DNA from: Formosa sp. Hel1_33_131
Lineage (GTDB): Bacteria; Bacteroidota; Bacteroidia; Flavobacteriales; Flavobacteriaceae
NCBI RefSeq assembly: GCF_001735745.1
Contig: NZ_CP017260.1
Location: 1,890,001 to 1,922,000 of the forward strand
DNA length: 32,000 nucleotides
Direction: 5' to 3'
Shown here: positions 1-7,585 of the stretch, in pieces
Layout: every line of letters begins with the position of its first letter
How positions within the stretch are numbered: position 1 is the stretch's first letter
Notes under the pieces: model-generated
The model's input: the letters and a program-made list of their open reading frames with translations, nothing else
Database searches by the model: none
What the model was told of the DNA's origin: nothing
Made by a program: the position numbers and the translations under genes

Positions 1-582
1 CTTTTGTCCAGAGACATTGTATAAAATAGATTTTTGAAGATTTTTTGACACAATGATCAGTTTGTCTGTCGTTGGATTTGGATAGACTTTTACAAAATCA
101 TTTGCAGCAATTTCTACGATCGTAAGACTCGCATTAGCCGAACTGGCTGTGATGCGTGTAAATTCTAAAGCCTCCGCAAAAGCATAGCTTAAAGTGTTGT
201 TGGTATCGTTCACAATTGCGGGATGATTCGTCCAAATGCCCTCAGTACTTAGAGTTTCTAAAACCAAATCGTCTTCAGGAATATCATTGAGTTCGCCGTC
301 TGCGTAGGCAAAAGTAATTGTGCCAGTAAAACCACTCAAAGCCGTTGTAGCGTCGTACACTCTGTTGATACTCGTGTTGCCTTCGACCACTACAGGCGTG
401 TTTGTAATTGAAACTTCATTGGCGTCGCTAATGACATAGGTGTCACTGGGTGCTAATGTTAAGCCGCCTAAATTTAGGGAGGCTGTGTTTTCAATGGAAA
501 TTGAAGCGCCGTCTGAAACGGTTAAAATTTGACTGAACAACATGCCTGGAAGGCATAGGAGTCCTAAGATATATTTTTTCAT
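1..582 (-). CDS. T9SS-secreted protein with type A C-terminal sorting domain; 3' end cut by window edge
   Basis: Absent from the ORF track because it runs off the window. Manual reverse translation from ATG at 582-580 gives MKKYILGLLCLPGMLFSQILTVSDGASISIENTASLNLGG... with 194 codons and no stop down to position 1. The last codons read ...NDFVKVYPNPTTDKLIIVSKNLQKSILYNVSGQK, the VYPNP-type motif of Por/T9SS C-terminal domains. The N-terminus is a signal peptide. Confidence 0.8.
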   Translation of the reverse strand, partial: MKKYILGLLCLPGMLFSQILTVSDGASISIENTASLNLGGLTLAPSDTYVISDANEVSITNTPVVVEGNTSINRVYDATTALSGFTGTITFAYADGELNDIPEDDLVLETLSTEGIWTNHPAIVNDTNNTLSYAFAEALEFTRITASSANASLTIVEIAANDFVKVYPNPTTDKLIIVSKNLQKSILYNVSGQK

Positions 583-599
583 AATTGGTTAATTTTATA

Positions 600-607
600 C
601 AAAGATA
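600..607 (-). promoter_or_regulatory. Candidate Bacteroidetes -7 promoter box (TATCTTTG on minus strand) for the T9SS cargo gene
   Basis: Plus-strand CAAAGATA is the reverse complement of TATCTTTG, an exact match to TAnnTTTG. It lies 17 nt upstream of ATG 582. No convincing -33 element was found. Confidence 0.35.
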
Positions 608-742
608 CAAAGTCTCTGGTCAAATGGATGTTTAATACTTTTTATTTACAAGTTAATAGAGACCTTGATCTGGTGTTTCTAATGCTTTGCTAAAAGTGTG
701 GTTAAATATGAGTTGCATCTCATGTATACTATTGGCGCAAAC

Positions 743-775
743 AAAAAAGACTGCCTTTTCGGACAGTCTCTTTTT
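743..775. terminator. Bidirectional rho-independent terminator hairpin, dispersed-repeat copy 1 (orphan, no gene end adjacent)
   Basis: Sequence is AAAAAAGACTGCCTTTTCGGACAGTCTCTTTTT. The stem AGACTGCC/GACAGTCT has one mismatch, with an A-run on the left and a T-run on the right. It is near-identical to the copies at 911-944 and 2920-2951. Confidence 0.6.
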
Positions 776-802
776 GTTTTGCTTAACTATAGGTATATTT
801 AT

Positions 803-826
803 AATTAGTTAAAACTTTAACTAATT
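803..826. repeat. Perfect 11-bp inverted repeat AATTAGTTAAA-ac-TTTAACTAATT
   Basis: Read directly: arm 803-813 is the exact reverse complement of arm 816-826, with a 2-nt spacer. It lies in non-coding DNA between two terminator copies. Confidence 0.7.
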
Positions 827-910
827 GACCCCAAGTCTACACACTCTATAATTAAACAAGTAGATATGTAAAGTTAAAAATATTAATGTCATTACCAAAA
901 AAATGCAAAA

Positions 911-944
911 AAAAAAGAGACTGTCTTTTCGGACAGTCTCTTTT
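911..944 (-). terminator. Rho-independent terminator of the 614-aa lipoprotein gene, dispersed-repeat copy 2
   Basis: GAGACTGTC-ttttcg-GACAGTCTC is a perfect 9-bp stem at 917-940. It is flanked by an A-run of more than 10 (a T-run on the minus strand) and by TTTT. It sits 18 nt past the stop at 958. Confidence 0.8.
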
Positions 945-957
945 GATTCAATTAAAA

Positions 958-2802
958 TTAATTATCGCGCTTCACATGAATCACTCCAGAGATTGTATGT
1001 GAAACTCCTTGGTTATCCTCGTAATCGCCACTGAAATTAAGGTCAATGTACTCCCCGATAGCTGAGCCAAATGCACTTAGATTGTATTCGATAAAATTAT
1101 TCACGTTGCTAATATCTTGACATTCATTCAAATTAAATCCAGCAGATGTGGAATTCCAATCTATGTTGCTGTAAACACCTTCGTAGTTGGGGAAAGTTGT
1201 GTCAAGTACTCCATAAAGATAAAAACAACCTTGACTAGTATTAGTGTTATTTGAACCATAAATAGTAAGTGATGGTGGATTGCTGTCTGATCCAAAATTT
1301 ACATCAATATTTTCAAAGAAATACAACGTTTCTCCATTGTCATCAATAGTATACTGTATAAACTCTTCTAAACTATTACAAGCTGTCAATACCCCTAGGT
1401 TTGTTAAAGGACTTGTCAATGTGTAATTAATTTCACCCGTGCTTTGCAGGTTATCGTAATCATACCCCGTAATGCTAATCGCAGCGTTTTCATTACAATT
1501 AAGTACATTGATATCAAACACACCGTCCGTGACTAAACTATAAAACGCAGCACCATCTTCAATACGGCCTTCGACATATCCATTAGCCACTGCACTACCA
1601 TCACATGTATTGAAAACACCCGTGATAGTTTCTTGATATTCTTCAACTTCAGGAGCATCAAGAACGATGTCAAGCGTGGTGTCTTGACTAAAAGGTCCAA
1701 TGCTTTCAGATGAATTAGGGATTTCTAAGTTATTACAAATATTATACAAAATATATTGTAAGTTTAAAACTTGGTTGGCTGGGACAATACCACAAACTTC
1801 TCCATTGTTATTGGTGATTCCTGAGCCACTGCCATTAAATTCACTTTCAATACTTACCATAAGACTGCTCAATGGAGTGTTGTTAACATCACTAATATTT
1901 ATACATAAGTTGATGTATTCGACAGGGATATCACAATTCCAAAAGGAGAAATGACTGACCGTTCCAACATATTTTGTTCCTTGGAGTGTGGCACTGCCCT
2001 CTTCAACCCAATAGCCGTTTTCTTCATCAAAATACCAAAGTGGAATTTCATTGGGTGCCCCTACTAATGTTTCAGAATCTAATGGGACGGATAGGGTTGC
2101 AGTGGTGCCCTCAGAAAGATTCAATTTCTCTCCAGTTTCACTGCGCAATTCTACGGCGAGCATGCCAAGAGTTTCAAGCATTCTTGCCTCATTTTGTAAA
2201 TTTTCAGCTAACAGCATCCCGGGCATTTGCTGTGGCATGTCTTCATCGGTTGGGTTTAGAAAATGCAAAGTGACTTTTACATCTCCTGTGTATTCACTTC
2301 CATCGGAAAGGCTATAAGACCCAGAGAGATCAACCGCGGCACCATTGCTTAAATTCACAGTTGCGGCAGTTCCAGAACTCACTGTTTGAGTCACTGTTTG
2401 TGGTAATAACATTATTTGAACTTGATTGATCCCTGCTGTTGGGACTACAGATCTTGAACCGTGTAGGAAGCCTGCTTTTTCTACTTTGATAAAAGCAAAT
2501 TTCTCATAGACTTGTGCGTTTTTTATAATAAAAACACCATTGATATCGGAATCCGTTGTGCTGTTTCCAATTTGAACCATGGCTCCGCTCACAGGATTGT
2601 TTTGTAGGTCGACAATACGGCCCATAAAATCGCTATCAGTTAGACTTCCAAAGCTTTCTATTAATGTGACGGATGGCGACGGTGTGTTGGGTTCTGTCGA
2701 TCCACCAGCGGGTTCATCATTACAGCTTACAAAGCAAAAGAAAATTATGAGTGCGAATAAATTTCTGAGATTTACGAATCTTTTAAATGTGATCATCTTC
2801 AT
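958..2802 (-). CDS. Large lipoprotein with N-terminal carboxypeptidase-regulatory-like (CarboxypepD_reg) domain; function unknown
   Basis: 614-aa ORF starting at ATG. Lipoprotein signal ...IIFFCFVSC|NDEPAGG. The segment GRIVDLQNNPVSGAMVQIGNSTTDSDINGVFIIKNA resembles the CarboxypepD_reg beta-sandwich. The rest is Asn/Ser/Thr/Gly-rich with no motif I recognise and no T9SS CTD. Confidence 0.8.
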   Translation of the reverse strand: MKMITFKRFVNLRNLFALIIFFCFVSCNDEPAGGSTEPNTPSPSVTLIESFGSLTDSDFMGRIVDLQNNPVSGAMVQIGNSTTDSDINGVFIIKNAQVYEKFAFIKVEKAGFLHGSRSVVPTAGINQVQIMLLPQTVTQTVSSGTAATVNLSNGAAVDLSGSYSLSDGSEYTGDVKVTLHFLNPTDEDMPQQMPGMLLAENLQNEARMLETLGMLAVELRSETGEKLNLSEGTTATLSVPLDSETLVGAPNEIPLWYFDEENGYWVEEGSATLQGTKYVGTVSHFSFWNCDIPVEYINLCINISDVNNTPLSSLMVSIESEFNGSGSGITNNNGEVCGIVPANQVLNLQYILYNICNNLEIPNSSESIGPFSQDTTLDIVLDAPEVEEYQETITGVFNTCDGSAVANGYVEGRIEDGAAFYSLVTDGVFDINVLNCNENAAISITGYDYDNLQSTGEINYTLTSPLTNLGVLTACNSLEEFIQYTIDDNGETLYFFENIDVNFGSDSNPPSLTIYGSNNTNTSQGCFYLYGVLDTTFPNYEGVYSNIDWNSTSAGFNLNECQDISNVNNFIEYNLSAFGSAIGEYIDLNFSGDYEDNQGVSHTISGVIHVKRDN

Positions 2803-2832
2803 TTTAAATTGGTTAATAATTCAATAAATATA

Positions 2833-2840
2833 CAAAATTA
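2833..2840 (-). promoter_or_regulatory. Candidate -7 box (TAATTTTG on minus strand) for the 614-aa lipoprotein gene
   Basis: Plus-strand CAAAATTA is an exact TAnnTTTG match on the minus strand, 30 nt upstream of ATG 2802. Confidence 0.35.
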
Positions 2841-2919
2841 TATATAAAACTTTTATTTTGCAATTAATTAGGTGTTCAGCGTTTCTAAATGGAACGGAGG
2901 GTATGAGTATTGTTTAAAC

Positions 2920-2951
2920 AAAAAAAGACTGCCTTTTCGGACAGTCTTTTT
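2920..2951 (-). terminator. Rho-independent terminator of pdhC, dispersed-repeat copy 3
   Basis: Sequence is AAAAAAAGACTGCCTTTTCGGACAGTCTTTTT, with the hairpin at 2926-2947. It is about 30 nt past the pdhC stop at 2979. The hairpin and the AAACAAAAAA prefix are the same as in copy 1. Confidence 0.8.
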
Positions 2952-2978
2952 AGATAATATATTTTTTAATAAAACGCC

Positions 2979-4595
2979 TTAAACCAACATCGTCACAGGA
3001 TTTTCAATAAAGCCTTTTAAGGTTTGTAAGAACTGTGCGCCCGTTGCGCCATCTACCGTTCGGTGATCGCAAGCGAGGGTGAGATTGATGGTATTTCCAA
3101 CAACAATCTGTCCGTTTTTAACCACCGGTTTTTGAACAATCGCTCCCACCGATAAAATTGCTGAGTTGGGTTGGTTGATAATCGACGTAAAGCTTTCAAT
3201 TCCAAACATTCCTAAGTTAGACACGGTAAATGTACTGTCGTCCATTTCTTGAGGGGTTAATTTTTTATTTCGTGCACGTCCCGCAAAATCTCTAACTGCA
3301 GCGCCTATTTGTGGCAAGCTTTGCTCATTGGCAAAACGCACTACAGGAACGACCAAACCATCTTCAACCGCCACCGCCACACCAACGTGTACATGGTTGT
3401 TGAGTTTCATGCGATCTGCAAACCATTGTGAATTCACTTGAGGGTGCAAACGCAATGCCAATGCACAGGCTTTGACAATGATGTCGTTAAATGATATTTT
3501 AGTATCTGGAACCGTATTGTATTGTGCTCTAAACGCCATGGCATTGTCCATGTCAAACTCTACATTCAAGTAATAATGAGGTGCAGAGAATTTAGATTCG
3601 CCCAAACGTTTCGCAATGGTTTTACGCATTTGCGAGTTTTTGATTTCTTCAAAGTCTTCTTGACCTGTCGGTACAAACTTCGCTGCACTTGCGGCAGAAC
3701 TTGCTGCTGCGGGGGTGAAGTTTTCAACATCGCGTTTGATGATGCGTCCGTTTTCACCACTTCCAACCAATTGGTTCAAGGCAATGCCTTTGTCGTCCGC
3801 CATTTTTCGCGCGAGTGGCGAAATATGCAAACGCCCTGTTGTATTGGGTATAGCGACTGCAACGGGTGCAGCGGCTGCTTTGGGTGTTTCTTTAACTTCG
3901 GCAGCAGGTACTTTGGGTGTCTCTGTGAGGTCTGCTTCTACAACGGCTGTTGCAGTCGTCGAAAAGTTAGCAGCAACCGCTGAAACATCCGTTCCTGCAG
4001 GGCCAATAATCGCTAAAAGATCGTCTACTTTTGCAGAGTCGCCTTCTTGGAGTCCAATGTATAATAAGGTGCCTTCATTAAAGGATTCAAACTCCATGGT
4101 TGCTTTATCCGTTTCGATTTCAGCTAAAATATCGCCTTCTTCGATCACATCCCCAACTTGTTTGAGCCAGCTCGCAACAGTCCCTTCTTCCATGGTGTCG
4201 CTTAAGCGCGGCATAGTCACCACAATCACACCATCAGGAATGCTTGCTGTACTTGGTTCCACAACGGCAGCAGCGGCTTCTAATGGAGCCTCTGTTTCTT
4301 CTGTAGTTGTTTCTTCTACGGCAGCCGTTGGATTCAACAGTGCCGATATGTCTTCGCCTTCATCTCCAATAATGGCAAGAAGCTCATCGACCATGGTCGT
4401 TTCCCCTTCTTGAACACCAATATGAAGCAAGGTTCCTTCATTAAAGGATTCAAATTCCATCGTTGCTTTATCGGTTTCGATTTCCGCAAGAATATCACCT
4501 TCTTCAATTTTGTCTCCTACTTTTTTCAACCAGCTCGCCACGGTTCCTTCTTCCATGGTGTCGCTTAGTCGGGGCATATTAACTATGATTGCCAT
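2979..4595 (-). CDS. pdhC: Pyruvate dehydrogenase complex E2, dihydrolipoamide acetyltransferase with two lipoyl domains
   Basis: 538 aa. It has two lipoyl domains with ...EIETDKATMEFES... (lipoyl-Lys motif), Ala/Pro/Thr-rich linkers, and an E3-binding segment ISPLARKMADDKGIALNQLVGSGENGRIIKRDV. The catalytic domain ends in ...LTLACDHRTVDGATGAQFL (DHR active-site motif). Confidence 0.95.
   Translation of the reverse strand: MAIIVNMPRLSDTMEEGTVASWLKKVGDKIEEGDILAEIETDKATMEFESFNEGTLLHIGVQEGETTMVDELLAIIGDEGEDISALLNPTAAVEETTTEETEAPLEAAAAVVEPSTASIPDGVIVVTMPRLSDTMEEGTVASWLKQVGDVIEEGDILAEIETDKATMEFESFNEGTLLYIGLQEGDSAKVDDLLAIIGPAGTDVSAVAANFSTTATAVVEADLTETPKVPAAEVKETPKAAAAPVAVAIPNTTGRLHISPLARKMADDKGIALNQLVGSGENGRIIKRDVENFTPAAASSAASAAKFVPTGQEDFEEIKNSQMRKTIAKRLGESKFSAPHYYLNVEFDMDNAMAFRAQYNTVPDTKISFNDIIVKACALALRLHPQVNSQWFADRMKLNNHVHVGVAVAVEDGLVVPVVRFANEQSLPQIGAAVRDFAGRARNKKLTPQEMDDSTFTVSNLGMFGIESFTSIINQPNSAILSVGAIVQKPVVKNGQIVVGNTINLTLACDHRTVDGATGAQFLQTLKGFIENPVTMLV
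4078..4577 (-). repeat. Internal tandem duplication (period 363 nt) encoding the two lipoyl domains of pdhC
   Basis: Segments 4078-4214 and 4441-4577 align without gaps and are identical at roughly four of five positions by eye, for example TTCTTCCATGGTGTCGCTTA in both. Confidence 0.9.
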
Positions 4596-4598
4596 AAC

Positions 4599-5597
4599 TT
4601 ATAATTTATGTTGTAAAAATGGATAATCTTCTTGTTCGTATACGACATCGTACATCAAACTTTTTTCTGGGTATGGCGATTCGTCAGCGAATTTTTCACA
4701 TTCAGCTACCAGCTCTTTCACGCGTTTATCAATCACTTTAATATCGTCTTCAGTAGCATATTCTTCACGAAGAATCACATCTAAGACTTGTGTAATTGGA
4801 TCAATTTTTTTGTATTCTTTAACCTCGTCTTTGGTTCGGTAGTGTTGTGCATCACTCATCGAATGTCCTCTGTAACGGTAGGTTTTCATTTCTAAGAATG
4901 TTGGACCATCACCTCTTCTGGCACGTTGAATGGCTTCGTCAAAAGCTTCTGCGACTTTGATTGGATTCATTCCATCTACAGGTCCACAAGGCATTTCATA
5001 CCCCAAACCTAATTTCCAAATATCGGAATGGTTGGCCGTTCTGTCTACAGACGTTCCCATGGCATAGCCATTGTTTTCACAAACAAAAACGACTGGAAGT
5101 TTCCAGTTCATCGCCATGTTAAAAGTTTCGTGTAACGAGCCTTGACGGGCTGCACCATCGCCAAAATAACAAAGGGTGACTGCACCAGTTTCGTTGTATT
5201 TATCTCCAAACGCCATTCCAGCGCCTAAAGGTATTTGTCCACCAACGATTCCATGACCGCCATAAAATCCTTTTTCTTTAGAGAAAATATGCATCGAACC
5301 TCCCAATCCTTGAGACGTTCCAGTGGCTTTTCCAAAAAGCTCTGCCATCACACGTCGAGGATCAACGCCCATCCCAATGGGTTGCACGTGATTTCGATAG
5401 GCAGTGATCATTTTGTCTTTGGATAAATCCATCGCATGTAAAGCGCCTGCAAGTACGGCTTCTTGACCGTTGTACAAGTGGAGAAATCCTCTTACTTTTT
5501 GTTGGATATATACGGCCGCAAGTTTGTCTTCAAACTTTCGCCAGAGCATCATATTCTCATACCAATCAAGGTAGACTTCTTTAGTTATCTTCTGCAT
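4599..5597 (-). CDS. pdhA: Pyruvate dehydrogenase E1 component, alpha subunit (TPP-dependent)
   Basis: 332 aa. Typical E1-alpha blocks are present: ...YRNHV..., GGSMHIF, GIVGGQIPLGAG, YFGDGAARQGSLHETFNMA, FVCENNGYAMGTS, YRYRGHSMSD. Its stop lies 3 nt upstream of the pdhC start, so the two form an operon. Confidence 0.95.
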   Translation of the reverse strand: MQKITKEVYLDWYENMMLWRKFEDKLAAVYIQQKVRGFLHLYNGQEAVLAGALHAMDLSKDKMITAYRNHVQPIGMGVDPRRVMAELFGKATGTSQGLGGSMHIFSKEKGFYGGHGIVGGQIPLGAGMAFGDKYNETGAVTLCYFGDGAARQGSLHETFNMAMNWKLPVVFVCENNGYAMGTSVDRTANHSDIWKLGLGYEMPCGPVDGMNPIKVAEAFDEAIQRARRGDGPTFLEMKTYRYRGHSMSDAQHYRTKDEVKEYKKIDPITQVLDVILREEYATEDDIKVIDKRVKELVAECEKFADESPYPEKSLMYDVVYEQEDYPFLQHKL

Positions 5598-5628
5598 GCG
5601 TTTACAGTAATTGTTTTTATTGTAAACA

Positions 5629-5636
5629 CAAAAGTA
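5629..5636 (-). promoter_or_regulatory. Candidate -7 box (TACTTTTG on minus strand) for pdhA-pdhC
   Basis: Plus-strand CAAAAGTA is an exact TAnnTTTG match on the minus strand, 31 nt upstream of ATG 5597. Confidence 0.4.
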
Positions 5637-5688
5637 ATACTTTGATTGATAACCTAAAAAGAGTAGGGGTTAATTTTTTAAAAAAACG

Positions 5689-6171
5689 TTATAGTACGGT
5701 TTTGTCAAAGATCCAAGGAAGGATGTTTTCGACGGAATTTGAGACGGCTATTTGCCCAGAAGTCCCCATAAAATAGAGTTCCATAGGGGCGTTTTGCTTC
5801 ACTTCATATTCGGACAGCGCCTGTCTGCAGGCACCACAAGGAGGAATTGGTTTGGTGGTTGGATTAAGGGTAGATCCTGCCACAATTGCCATGCGAAGTA
5901 TTTTTTGATTTGGAAATTCAGCTCCCGCATAATACACAGCAGTGCGTTCTGCACACAATCCAGAAGGGTAGGAGGCATTTTCTTGGTTATTTCCAGAAAT
6001 AATTTCTCCATTTTCTAGTTCTAAAGCGGCACCCACTAAAAATTTAGAGTAAGGTGCATAGGCTTTTTTACGGGCTTCTGCTGCTTTATGTATCAGGTTT
6101 TGAATGGGTATGTCAAATTCTTCAATTGCATCGTACACATCAAAAGAGGTCTCAATTTTTACTTTTTTCAT
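5689..6171 (-). CDS. cdd: Cytidine deaminase
   Basis: 160 aa with the zinc-binding motifs CAERTA and PCGACRQ at the spacing typical of homotetrameric cytidine deaminases. Confidence 0.93.
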   Translation of the reverse strand: MKKVKIETSFDVYDAIEEFDIPIQNLIHKAAEARKKAYAPYSKFLVGAALELENGEIISGNNQENASYPSGLCAERTAVYYAGAEFPNQKILRMAIVAGSTLNPTTKPIPPCGACRQALSEYEVKQNAPMELYFMGTSGQIAVSNSVENILPWIFDKTVL

Positions 6172-6225
6172 TGGTTTATTTTTTAGTGCCTTTTACAATT
6201 TAGAGATTTCATAATTGGTATAGAC

Positions 6226-6257
6226 AAAAAAACTATTGCAGTGCGCAATAGTTTTTA
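6226..6257 (-). terminator. Rho-independent terminator downstream of porV
   Basis: AAAAACTATTGC-agtgc-GCAATAGTTTTT is a 12-bp perfect stem (6228-6239 with 6245-6256) with A/T runs on both flanks. It lies about 25 nt past the porV stop at 6282. Confidence 0.75.
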
Positions 6258-6281
6258 TTAGTGTTTTATCAAAGCGATTGC

Positions 6282-7544
6282 TTAGTATTCGCTGTATTCG
6301 CCGTCTCCAAAATTAACGGATAAAGAAAAACGCAAGGTATTTTCTAGAGGACTTTGTACTTTGGAAGCTGAGATTAAATACGATAGATCAATATTAATTG
6401 CGGTGTATTTGAACCCGGCACCCATCGCGAAAAACTTACGAGCTCCTTTGAATTCATTTTCATTGAAATATCCGAGTCTAAAAGCAAATGAGTCTTGGTA
6501 AACGTACTCGGCGCCTAAGGCCCAAGTGAACTCATCGAGCTCTTCGCTGAACCCACCAGGCGCATCGTTAAACGATTGAAATACACCTGACATAAATCCA
6601 ACGTCCGGATCTTGTCCTTCAAGAATTACGTTACCCACAAGAGTTCCTCTAACATCTCCGTCATCAGGGTTATAAACGCCATCGCCATTGGTATCGGTAT
6701 AGTTGTATTCTTTTCCTGTTACTGGCGGTGTTGGCACCAATAGTTTAGTAACTTCAGCGGTGACATTGACTCTGTTGTATTGGTCAAAGATAAAGTCAAA
6801 TCCACCACCCAATCTTAAATTGGTTGGTAAGAAATTTTCTCTTCCACCTTCGTCATATTTAATTTTTGGCCCTAAATTTTGAATGGCAAATCCACCTCTC
6901 CAACGGCCATTAAATTCGTTGTAGGCTTCTTCTTCACTTTGGTAATACCCTGTAATGTCCACACCAAACGAACTTGCCGCTTTGGCATTCACGTCGATTG
7001 CTTGAATTTTCAAATCTGAACGCAAATAACGCAGGGCAACTGCCATTGAAAACTGATCAGAAAGTCTCAAAGAGTAAGAGGCATCGAATGTTAATTCGTT
7101 GGGGCTTTCAATTAAAGGCGTCGAAAATTCATCTTCACGGAGTTCAATTTCTCCAAGCGAAAAATACTTAAGACTGACAGCAAATGCACTCCGTTCGTTA
7201 AGTCTGTTGAAATAGGTAAGACTTCCTAAAAAGATGTCATTTACTAATTTCCTCAAATAAGGGGTGTAGCTAAACCCAATCCCAGCTTTTGCTTCTGAAA
7301 AGGCGTATTTTGAAGGATTCCATTGTTGAGAGTAGGCATCTACAGAGGTTGCGACTCCCATGTCTCCCATACTTGCGGCACGTGCATCGGAAGCAATTAG
7401 AATAAACGGGACTCCCGTTGTAATCACTCGCGAGTCTGGGTCGGCTATGATAGTAGTCTGAGCCACTGCTTTGGTTGAAAATAGCGCGACTAAAAACAGC
7501 ACACAAATGGATGTTAATTTTTGGTTTTTTTGAGTTGGAATCAT
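6282..7544 (-). CDS. porV: T9SS outer-membrane beta-barrel shuttle protein PorV (LptO)
   Basis: 420 aa with signal peptide ...STKAVAQ. The N-terminal block GVPFILIASDARAASMGDMGVATS is characteristic of PorV. The remainder has an alternating beta-strand pattern and ends in an aromatic-rich terminus. It lies directly downstream (41 nt) of porU. Confidence 0.88.
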   Translation of the reverse strand: MIPTQKNQKLTSICVLFLVALFSTKAVAQTTIIADPDSRVITTGVPFILIASDARAASMGDMGVATSVDAYSQQWNPSKYAFSEAKAGIGFSYTPYLRKLVNDIFLGSLTYFNRLNERSAFAVSLKYFSLGEIELREDEFSTPLIESPNELTFDASYSLRLSDQFSMAVALRYLRSDLKIQAIDVNAKAASSFGVDITGYYQSEEEAYNEFNGRWRGGFAIQNLGPKIKYDEGGRENFLPTNLRLGGGFDFIFDQYNRVNVTAEVTKLLVPTPPVTGKEYNYTDTNGDGVYNPDDGDVRGTLVGNVILEGQDPDVGFMSGVFQSFNDAPGGFSEELDEFTWALGAEYVYQDSFAFRLGYFNENEFKGARKFFAMGAGFKYTAINIDLSYLISASKVQSPLENTLRFSLSVNFGDGEYSEY

Positions 7545-7585
7545 TTTTAATTTTGGTGTTATGAATTAACAAATATAATGTAATA

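Noticed and set aside
1700-2827. Four plus-strand ORFs (84-99 aa) overlapping the 614-aa lipoprotein gene
   Set aside because: They are antisense to a long, well-supported ORF. They are short and low-complexity, with no start context or motif. They are typical shadow ORFs.
3522-4413. Plus-strand ORFs of 153 and 232 aa, and a minus-strand 66-aa ORF, inside pdhC
   Set aside because: pdhC is unambiguous on the minus strand. The 232-aa frame is Ala/Ser/Thr-rich only because it reads the complement of the Ala/Pro/Glu linkers and lipoyl domains. There is no independent evidence for an overlapping gene.
2979-5597. Absence of a pdhB (E1 beta) gene next to pdhA-pdhC as a possible operon disruption
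   Set aside because: To my knowledge the pdhA-pdhC pair with pdhB encoded elsewhere is the usual arrangement in Flavobacteriia. There is no scar or pseudogene between the genes, only a 3-nt gap.
5604-5627. AT-rich hairpin TTACAGTAA-ttgttt-TTATTGTAA between cdd and pdhA, considered as a cdd terminator or pdhA leader structure
   Set aside because: The stem is weak, almost all A-T with one G-U, and has no clear T-run. It lies downstream of the predicted pdhA -7 box. I cannot separate it from chance in AT-rich spacer.
7270-7572. 100-aa minus-strand ORF overlapping the 5' end of porV in another frame
   Set aside because: It lies entirely within porV and the porU-porV spacer. It is Cys/Arg/Ser-rich nonsense composition, whereas the porV frame has the conserved N-terminal motif.
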